This document shows, one piece after another, positions 28,523 to 35,311 of a DNA stretch of 41,886 nucleotides. The notes beneath the pieces were generated by a model. It was not told the DNA's origin and did not search any database. It saw only the letters and a list, made by a program, of their open reading frames with translations. The stretch lies in IMG/VR virus record IMGVR_UViG_3300020358_000011, positions 1 through 41,886 of that record; one strand, 5' to 3'. Both the position numbers and the translations under genes were made by a program. The stretch comes from a virus (Duplodnaviria > Caudoviricetes). The first letter of the stretch is position 1. Every line of letters starts with the position of its first letter.

Positions 28523-29770
28523 TTACGCTGTTCTAGCTGCAAGCTCGCGTATAACACGCGGTGCATTGTCTTCGGATTCGTTTATAGTGTCGAGAAACCC
28601 GCCACCGTACATTTTTTCAAGTGCTTTTGCAGTTTTTGCACGGAGTACATATTCTCCATCTGCAAGTAGCACATCTTCTTGTCCTTCAAGGGACGCAGGT
28701 ACTTTGTCGTCAACACCAGAACCATCGCCCGGCCCGTTGACTTCACCAGCTTCACCATTAGCAAAACGTTCTTTTGTGTCGTCGTATTCACCAGACTTTA
28801 CCTTTTCGACTAAGTCTCTAAGAGCTTCTTCACCGTAGTTAGCTAGAAATTTACCCAGTACAACCGATGCTTCCTCTTCAGACATGTCACCTTTTACAGC
28901 ACTAACTGCATCAGCTATCTCAGTCTTCTCGTTACCACCTTCTGGTGGAGCTACTTCAAGCTCGCCGCCTTCGGCAAACTGCGCCAAGCCCCCATTACGC
29001 ATTGGAACAGGGGTACCATTTAAAAGCTGTTGATTCTTATACTCAAGCAACTGTTCGTAGCTTGGGTTGATTAGGAATCTAGGAGACATCGGATCGTTAG
29101 GATCGTAGTCAGGGTTCGGAATAGATTGAAATGCACCTTGTGCAGCTGCCGCACTCATATCAGACATACCTGCAATTCCGGTGTTATCTGTAGGTGTAGT
29201 TACTGTTTGCCTAACTCTATCGTCGTTATTGTCAGAACCATCTGCACGAGATCGCCCAGCTGCGATAGCTTTATTTTTTTGTTCAAGCTGATACGCTTGT
29301 TCTTCTTCAGGAGTATCAAACTTTGGACCCGCAAAAAGACCGCCGGGTTGGAACATACCTTTAAACCCTTCCTTTGGTTTAGAGTCTTCTGAACCGCCTC
29401 GCATATTATTCTGCATAGCATTACCAGCCACCCCGCCAATAATACCGGGAAGGCCACCAGTCATCGCACCCATAATAGCAGACACAACCAAACCATCATT
29501 GTACTTTTTAGTTTCGTTTTTTGGAACTTGAAAGAGCCCACCCTTATTATTAGATACAGTCACGCTATTACGTGCTTCGTTAGGGTTTGATGAGTCAACT
29601 GGCGTATAACTATCTCTGTCATTTGTAGCTGTTAGCCTACCATCAACGTAGGAAAACCCATCGCCGGGGGTAAGGATGTTAGCCAATCCTTCTTTAAAAC
29701 TGTTGCCAGAGCCTTTTTTGTCGTCGTTATCTCTGTTATTTGCTCCGCCTGTTTCGCCACCACCACACAT
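28523..29770 (-). CDS. putative internal virion protein
   Basis: MCGG N-terminus and C-terminal GPGDG..DKVPA..LLADGEYVL motif. Confidence 0.7.
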   Translation of the reverse strand: MCGGGETGGANNRDNDDKKGSGNSFKEGLANILTPGDGFSYVDGRLTATNDRDSYTPVDSSNPNEARNSVTVSNNKGGLFQVPKNETKKYNDGLVVSAIMGAMTGGLPGIIGGVAGNAMQNNMRGGSEDSKPKEGFKGMFQPGGLFAGPKFDTPEEEQAYQLEQKNKAIAAGRSRADGSDNNDDRVRQTVTTPTDNTGIAGMSDMSAAAAQGAFQSIPNPDYDPNDPMSPRFLINPSYEQLLEYKNQQLLNGTPVPMRNGGLAQFAEGGELEVAPPEGGNEKTEIADAVSAVKGDMSEEEASVVLGKFLANYGEEALRDLVEKVKSGEYDDTKERFANGEAGEVNGPGDGSGVDDKVPASLEGQEDVLLADGEYVLRAKTAKALEKMYGGGFLDTINESEDNAPRVIRELAARTA

Positions 29771-29799
29771 GTAAAAACCCTTTTCTTAAACTTGTTGTG

Positions 29800-30258
29800 C
29801 TATTCTACTACACGTTGCTTATAATTTCCACCCACAACATCATATCCTAGTTTTTGTAACATCGCACCGGTTTTGCCAGCACTTAAACCACTAGAAACCC
29901 CCATGTATATCTCTGCAGCTTTGCGCTCCTTAGCCCACTTTTCAAAGGCTCGTAGCAACTGCAGTCCAACTCGAGAACCCCTGCTTTGTGTAGATACATA
30001 CCACACTGTGTCGGATGCGATCAAGTCAGTACCGAAATAATGTTCGCCGATAGACCCAAGAAGAATACTATTAGGCGTCCCGTTAAAAGTGCCAATGTAT
30101 GCAAAGTGCGTATCTGGGTTGGTTATAAAATTATATATCATCCGACCACACTTATTTGGGTTGTAATTAAAATGCCTATAAACACTTTCTTGATGCATCT
30201 GATAGCCAAGGTCGATAGCTGCAGGTACATCTTCTGGTGCTATAGGACGTATAGGCAT
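29800..30258 (-). CDS. GNAT-family acyltransferase
   Basis: IRP...D, WYVSTQSRGSRVGLQLL (acyl-CoA motif A) and KLGY. Confidence 0.85.
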   Translation of the reverse strand: MPIRPIAPEDVPAAIDLGYQMHQESVYRHFNYNPNKCGRMIYNFITNPDTHFAYIGTFNGTPNSILLGSIGEHYFGTDLIASDTVWYVSTQSRGSRVGLQLLRAFEKWAKERKAAEIYMGVSSGLSAGKTGAMLQKLGYDVVGGNYKQRVVE

Positions 30259-30259
30259 C

Positions 30260-30874
30260 TTAGCTTAACCACCCATATATCTTATTAGTCTGTTCTATAC
30301 GGTCGTCTAATCCATGATAACCACCATTAACCCGCTTAGTAATACGCTTGATTACATCCTCGGTTACGCCTTCGTCGGCGATATCAAAAAGTTTGTTCTT
30401 CTTAAAGAACCATAACGCTGTCTCAAACGCATAGTCTGTAGCAGCCAGATCAGGGTCAGTCATCACGTCGGGTAAGCCCATATCACTAGAGAAAGAACGG
30501 TAATTTGCCTTACCGGTTAGTTGAAGGAATCCTCGGCCGATAAAATCTTTAGCATCTTGCTCCGAGAGGTTTCCAAGTGATTCTCGTAAATATACTTTAC
30601 CTGCGATCTTACTTGGCTGTCTTTCGTACTCTTTAGCTTCCTCTTCCGTAAATCTACTAGGCCAAGTCCGCATAAGAGCTTCCCAACCGTAGTTTAGGTT
30701 TTCTCGGCAAAGTCTAAATCCGCCGCTTTCGTGAGCAGCTTGCCCCAGTAGGTGCGCCCCATGTTCAGGGGACAACTCGTAGTGAGATACAATAGCGCGT
30801 GCCGTATTCGGTCCAAACCCTCCATCGGGAGTAACACCACATCTTTCCTGCAGTAGTTTTAAAGAGTCACTCAT
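30260..30874 (-). CDS. GH19 endolysin with short N-terminal peptidoglycan-binding motif
   Basis: LQ..G..PDG.FGPNT, HESGG..ENL, GRGFLQLTGKANY and TKRVNGG. Confidence 0.9.
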   Translation of the reverse strand: MSDSLKLLQERCGVTPDGGFGPNTARAIVSHYELSPEHGAHLLGQAAHESGGFRLCRENLNYGWEALMRTWPSRFTEEEAKEYERQPSKIAGKVYLRESLGNLSEQDAKDFIGRGFLQLTGKANYRSFSSDMGLPDVMTDPDLAATDYAFETALWFFKKNKLFDIADEGVTEDVIKRITKRVNGGYHGLDDRIEQTNKIYGWLS

Positions 30875-31275
30875 TTTGTAATTCCTTGTTTCTTTTCGTA
30901 GCTGCGAAGTCCGCCCAATCCGAGCATGCCCATCATAACAGTCATCAAGCTACCCATATCAAACTCTGGTAGCGCTGGTATGTCAACTCCAGCGGCAGTT
31001 ACACCAAACACAATCAATGGCTGTAAGACAAAGTGATATGCAAAAGCAACACCACATACCCAACCTATGAACGGCCGCCATCCACCTTTGAATAAAGAAC
31101 CCGATGCAGCTTCGGCTTTGTTTATCTCTAACTGCCCCATTAGCGCCTGTTGGGCATGATTATCGGACATCGTAGCGATCTCGTGGGCTAACTGTGCCTT
31201 TTGATCTTTGTCTTCGATAACTTTGTCTAGTAGCCCAGTAACAGGCCCTATCAAATTACTTACTAAACTCATCAT
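30871..31275 (-). CDS. holin (3TM, GTA-holin/DUF3154-like)
   Basis: GWRPFIGW and GMLGLGGLRSYEK motifs; adjacent to the endolysin; MM start. Confidence 0.85.
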   Translation of the reverse strand: MMSLVSNLIGPVTGLLDKVIEDKDQKAQLAHEIATMSDNHAQQALMGQLEINKAEAASGSLFKGGWRPFIGWVCGVAFAYHFVLQPLIVFGVTAAGVDIPALPEFDMGSLMTVMMGMLGLGGLRSYEKKQGITK

Positions 31276-31595
31276 TCTTTATTCGCCTTTCCTTTTGTGT
31301 ATGCTTCTTTACCATAAAATGCGGCAACGATAGCAGCTACAGAAACAAAATACACACCAGCTATAGACGCTAGTGACTTCATGGCTTCATCAAGATTAGC
31401 CACGTTACAAATAATTATAGCAAATGGATACAACAACATGCCGAATAATGCAAACCACGCCATCTTGCGTTGTGCATCTCTTTGGGCGTCGTCATCGGCC
31501 ATCTTTAGTCTTTTGTCTTCTAGCGCAAGTTTGTCCCATTCGGCTTGGTCTATTGAGCCATTACCGTCTGCGTCAGCTTTTTGAAATTCAGTCAT
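31272..31595 (-). CDS. EF-hand plus two-TM membrane protein
   Basis: DADGNGSIDQAE loop followed by two hydrophobic helices. Confidence 0.75.
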   Translation of the reverse strand: MTEFQKADADGNGSIDQAEWDKLALEDKRLKMADDDAQRDAQRKMAWFALFGMLLYPFAIIICNVANLDEAMKSLASIAGVYFVSVAAIVAAFYGKEAYTKGKANKE

Positions 31596-31604
31596 ACTAG
31601 TCTC

Positions 31605-32117
31605 CTAATCTGCAAGGGGGTTATCTAACGCCCGCTGTAGTTTATCCATTAACTTATCTTCTAAGTCTTTCATAGAACCACTTTGTGATACTCTAACACG
31701 TTCTCGTTGATTTTCGAAGCGTACTTCTGCGGCATCAATCATAGTACGCACTTTGTCTTCATTCTTACGCACAAGGTCCTCGATTCTGTCAGTCTGTTGT
31801 TCAATGCGCAACAGATCGTCTTTTAACCCATTTTTTATGTCTCTAGTGTACTCGACAGATTCTTCTACCTTCTCAGAGATACCCGTGACTTTTGCATCCA
31901 TCACGTCCATTGCTTGTTGATACTCACCAAGGTCTAGCCCTGCAACCTCCTCGATCTTTTGGTACATTACGAAACCACCATACAAACCACCAACAACTGT
32001 AGATAGAAATGCAAATATAGCCACGATAGAACCAAACGATAGCTTCATACCGCCAGTCTTAAACTCACGATCTGCTAAACCATCAATGTTATCGGCTATT
32101 CTAGTTGTATCAACCAT
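31605..32117 (-). CDS. single-TM protein with long coiled coil
   Basis: SIVAIFAFLSTVVGGLYGGFVMY followed by ~115 aa of heptad-like sequence. Confidence 0.75.
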   Translation of the reverse strand: MVDTTRIADNIDGLADREFKTGGMKLSFGSIVAIFAFLSTVVGGLYGGFVMYQKIEEVAGLDLGEYQQAMDVMDAKVTGISEKVEESVEYTRDIKNGLKDDLLRIEQQTDRIEDLVRKNEDKVRTMIDAAEVRFENQRERVRVSQSGSMKDLEDKLMDKLQRALDNPLAD

Positions 32118-32515
32118 CAGTTTTCGAACTCCATATCACCGCCAGCACGCTGTAAGTTCTTTAGTTCTTCTAGTTCGTCACGTAACTTTTGCACTTCTAG
32201 TCTGCGCTGCGTTAGTTCTATTCGGTATAGGTCATTACAGTTAATACGAGCCTTTGGTTTATCTAGTGGTATAACTATACGAGCATACACACCTATATCT
32301 TTGCCACGACTGTTTGTGTCTAACCCTGACAGTACACCAGTTACGCCATACTCTAAGTTTACACCCCCACCGACAGCATTACTGCAGCGGAGACTACCTG
32401 TTGAAAACGAATCTGATTGGTAGTTCATAGGTGGGTTTGGTAAGCTTAACGCAAGTGAACTACTGTCAGCAACTGCTGAACTAGCCATAACACAAAGAGC
32501 AAAAGCTAGTCTCAT
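32117..32515 (-). CDS. exported protein: Cys-flanked beta-hairpin plus coiled coil
   Basis: Signal peptide MRLAFALCVMASSAVA; strands VNLEYGVTG and IGVYARIVIPL. Confidence 0.75.
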   Translation of the reverse strand: MRLAFALCVMASSAVADSSSLALSLPNPPMNYQSDSFSTGSLRCSNAVGGGVNLEYGVTGVLSGLDTNSRGKDIGVYARIVIPLDKPKARINCNDLYRIELTQRRLEVQKLRDELEELKNLQRAGGDMEFEN

Positions 32516-32898
32516 GCAGGTTCACCATCTAAACGTGAGCATATCTTAGACGAAACAAGCGTCCTAGATTGATTAGTCTTTTTGACTTTTGAGGTCGTGC
32601 ATAAGTATACCGCTTCGTCCATATCTATTTTACGAATATATACATTAAAAGACTTTTTCTCTTTATAGCCTATTTTGATAATTCGATATGTTGTAGAAAA
32701 AGGAATGTTCATCCAGTTTAAATCAAACAATTCTATTTGATAATACTCTATCTCTTCTCTGGAGTTAAACAAAGACATCTCCACTTTAACCACGTCTTTA
32801 ACGTGTGAAGGCTTTACCACAGGGTACGCAGGCGTCATCTCATGCCCAGAGATAGCTGTCGCCCAGAGCAGAAATGTTATGAGTATACTACTTCGCAA
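32512..32898 (-). CDS. exported PapD-N-like (fimbrial chaperone-like) Ig-fold protein
   Basis: A TTG start at 32898 gives the signal peptide MRSSILITFLLWATAISG|HEMTP. Pattern P...MSLFN....YQIELFD...IPF...IKIGY.EKKSFNV...YLC resembles chaperone domain 1. Confidence 0.55.
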   Translation of the reverse strand: MRSSILITFLLWATAISGHEMTPAYPVVKPSHVKDVVKVEMSLFNSREEIEYYQIELFDLNWMNIPFSTTYRIIKIGYKEKKSFNVYIRKIDMDEAVYLCTTSKVKKTNQSRTLVSSKICSRLDGEPA

Positions 32899-33376
32899 TG
32901 CAAGTTGCCTGTACAACTGCGGTGTAGTTTCCTCCCGGTAGTGCTTTAGCAGAGCCGTAAACTGCGCTTGATGCAGTGCTAAACCATGTGCTTCCAGCAA
33001 GAGTTAAATTAAATATGGTAGTGTTTCCTACCACAATCTTTGCGGCTTCATAGGCTGACATGCCAGCAACAGATGTTTGTGTAACACTCGTACTACCTGT
33101 CCATGCCAGTGTATCAGATAAAGAAGGTGACGAACTAAACGCTGTTGGGTGTGTTATATTAGCGGTATAGGAATCCGCTATAGATACATCATACCTAATT
33201 ATAGGTAGTATACCACCGTCAGCGGGAGTAGTGCTTAACTTACTAGCAATCGGGTTGCCGTATACACCTGCTTTAGTTGTTTGAATAACACATTTAGCTT
33301 CTACACTACCTGTAATCTCGACGTTAGCTAATGCAGGAAATGCAAGAAGTGAAAGTATCGCTATAGAATATTTCAT
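32888..33376 (-). CDS. exported fimbrial-subunit (pilin)-like protein
   Basis: Signal peptide ending ALA|, N-terminal VEITGSVEAKC, C-terminal PGGNYTAVVQATC; Ser/Thr/Ala-rich beta protein; GAGGT RBS. Confidence 0.6.
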   Translation of the reverse strand: MKYSIAILSLLAFPALANVEITGSVEAKCVIQTTKAGVYGNPIASKLSTTPADGGILPIIRYDVSIADSYTANITHPTAFSSSPSLSDTLAWTGSTSVTQTSVAGMSAYEAAKIVVGNTTIFNLTLAGSTWFSTASSAVYGSAKALPGGNYTAVVQATCIAK

Positions 33377-33384
33377 ATTAAACC

Positions 33385-34257
33385 TCAATTATTGTACTGC
33401 ATGTCTATCATTTTCTCATGCAGAAGTTGTTGTGCCAAATTATTACGTAAGGCTTTCTTGTTATCAGGTATCTCTGCATCGACCAAACCAACAGTCTCTG
33501 TGTACGCGCCACCGTTAATATTAGCGTTGTAGTACATGTTTATGTTTGTTTGCAGGTTAATAGCCATGATAATATCCGATTGTCCTTGCGTTCTGAACAG
33601 AGTCAACGCATTGGCAGATGCCGTCAGCCCCATTTCAAGTCTTGTATCTTCTTCCTCTTCTTCTTCAGAAAGTATTAAATTACCATCTTCATCATACTCA
33701 AAGTCTGTTTCTTCGTCTATAGCCTCCATTGCGGCCTCATCTTCAAGCACATCATAGACTTCGACAACAGGTATAACGGGGATAGGTTTAACGTATCCGG
33801 GGCAGGCAGGGTTAGATTGCTCGTCATAACACTCGTCTATTCGAAAGCTGTAAATAACCACAGGATCAGTTACAGAGCCTTGGCCTTCAACAGTAATTGA
33901 ACCGTCGCCCCAGTTTGCGGCAGGTATATGCGCAAGGGGAAAAGACTTGACGATAGTGTTTCCGGGAACCCCAGACCAGTCATCAGTTTCACGAAAGGTA
34001 TACCCATCCCCAGCAGCATTGCTGTTACTGACGTGAACCTTCATATTATCTTCAGGGTTCTTCACAGTAGTATATCTATACAGGAGGCCATTTATATCTA
34101 ATCCGGGTATATCAGGCAGTACAGAACTCATGCCCCAGCTCAGTGCTGTGGACGCAGCGTTTCCTGTAGTCCCGTAGCTATACGGATCACATTGCGAGTA
34201 AGAAGGCCAGAGTAGCAATAATGACACCAAGACCTGTTTTTGTTTCAACGTTTTCAT
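33385..34257 (-). CDS. putative exported protein: beta domain, Cys pair, acidic linker
   Basis: Hydrophobic N-terminus VLVSLLLLWP, CYDEQSNPACPGY and EEEEEED. Confidence 0.7.
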   Translation of the reverse strand: MKTLKQKQVLVSLLLLWPSYSQCDPYSYGTTGNAASTALSWGMSSVLPDIPGLDINGLLYRYTTVKNPEDNMKVHVSNSNAAGDGYTFRETDDWSGVPGNTIVKSFPLAHIPAANWGDGSITVEGQGSVTDPVVIYSFRIDECYDEQSNPACPGYVKPIPVIPVVEVYDVLEDEAAMEAIDEETDFEYDEDGNLILSEEEEEEDTRLEMGLTASANALTLFRTQGQSDIIMAINLQTNINMYYNANINGGAYTETVGLVDAEIPDNKKALRNNLAQQLLHEKMIDMQYNN

Positions 34258-34747
34258 TGAAAATCTTCCTCATTGGATTATTCTGTTCGCGCTCAATCGT
34301 TTGCTCAACCGCTTCCATTTCCCAAGCTAGCCTAGCTTTATCACCTATCAAACCATCTTTGGGGCAAGGCGTACCAGCGTTCATCATTGCATCGAACACT
34401 CTTTCGTCCTGACACATTACGGATACAGCGGCTACCTTCATCCCCATATCATACATGGTTTTGGCGTTCTTTAGCTTCTCACAGTTCATATCTCGTACAG
34501 TTCTACCTGCTGAGATACCAAGTATTTGCGTTTGTACAGCACCCGCAACGCCTACAGTACATAAGTCAGAGTTACTTGCACTAATCTGTGGAGAAATTGC
34601 AGAGGGTGGTGGACTGTTAATTGTAGTGTCCATAGTGCCGTTAGAAGTGACTGTGCTTTCCGACTTGATTGTGTCATCAGCAAAAACAACATTACCTATA
34701 GTAAGACCTGCAATAAACAAGAGTATTACTATAAATAAACGTATCAT
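34187..34747 (-). CDS. exported Cys-rich protein with C-terminal membrane anchor
   Basis: Signal peptide ending VFA|, CTVGVAGAVQTQILGISAG...NCEKL, MCQD, TPCP, and C-terminal GLGVIIATLAFLLAM. Confidence 0.75.
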   Translation of the reverse strand: MIRLFIVILLFIAGLTIGNVVFADDTIKSESTVTSNGTMDTTINSPPPSAISPQISASNSDLCTVGVAGAVQTQILGISAGRTVRDMNCEKLKNAKTMYDMGMKVAAVSVMCQDERVFDAMMNAGTPCPKDGLIGDKARLAWEMEAVEQTIEREQNNPMRKIFNENVETKTGLGVIIATLAFLLAM

Positions 34748-34980
34748 TTTCTTTCCACCAGCCTATCTAGCTTTTCTTCAATCCTGTCGAACTTACTCAT
34801 TATTTGACCAAGCACCTGATTAGAGTCAGCCTTAGTGACGTACTCTTTGGCTAATTCCTCGCGGGTTCTGTTTAAAAGAATCCGGACGCGCCCTAGTTCG
34901 TCATGCTGGGCTTTGATCCACCATATTAAAAAACCAAACCCTGCGGTTAAGCCAAAACTCCAAAGTACGTCCATCTCCAT
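34744..34980 (-). CDS. small TM plus coiled-coil protein
   Basis: N-terminal TM helix, then EYVTK..FDRIEEKLDRL. Confidence 0.75.
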   Translation of the reverse strand: MEMDVLWSFGLTAGFGFLIWWIKAQHDELGRVRILLNRTREELAKEYVTKADSNQVLGQIMSKFDRIEEKLDRLVERK

Positions 34981-35063
34981 CAAAATACACCGCCGCCCGC
35001 AGGTTTCGGCGCAGTGATCGGCACGGATATATCTTTACGTTCGGGTGTTGTTTTATCAGTCAT
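34980..35063 (-). CDS. 27-aa micro-ORF (not in the ORF track)
   Basis: MTDKTTPERKDISVPITAPKPAGGGVF*, with ATGA and TGATG overlaps to both neighbours. Confidence 0.55.
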   Translation of the reverse strand: MTDKTTPERKDISVPITAPKPAGGGVF

Positions 35064-35311
35064 ACTACTATCCTTAATTCTCCAGTTGCAGTCTTATATA
35101 CATCATTAACCGAAAGACCACCAGACACGGCAGCTGTATTGTTTGCGTAGACGGAAAGTCCTGTTAAGTTGAGTGTACTAACTCTGCTCGGGCCGGGGTT
35201 CTGCTGCTGTTGGGTATACAAAGCAAACGCCCTTGTAATCTGTGCTACATACTCTTGGCTATACTCGGAAGGTGCAGCGGCAAAAAACGGAATAGTTGTA
35301 GCTTGGGACAT
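35060..35311 (-). CDS. small tail-associated protein
   Basis: Coupled (TAATG) to the nozzle gene; P.EYSQEY...YANN.AAV.GGL....VY. Confidence 0.7.
   Translation of the reverse strand: MSQATTIPFFAAAPSEYSQEYVAQITRAFALYTQQQQNPGPSRVSTLNLTGLSVYANNTAAVSGGLSVNDVYKTATGELRIVV

Noticed and set aside
32899-33000. N-terminal 34 aa of the 162-aa ORF as called in the track
   Set aside because: Overlaps the pilin-like gene extensively; the start at 32898 gives a clean signal peptide.
34185-34257. Lipoprotein signal in the 290-aa protein (SYSQC)
   Set aside because: Does not fit the L-[AS]-[GA]-C lipobox.
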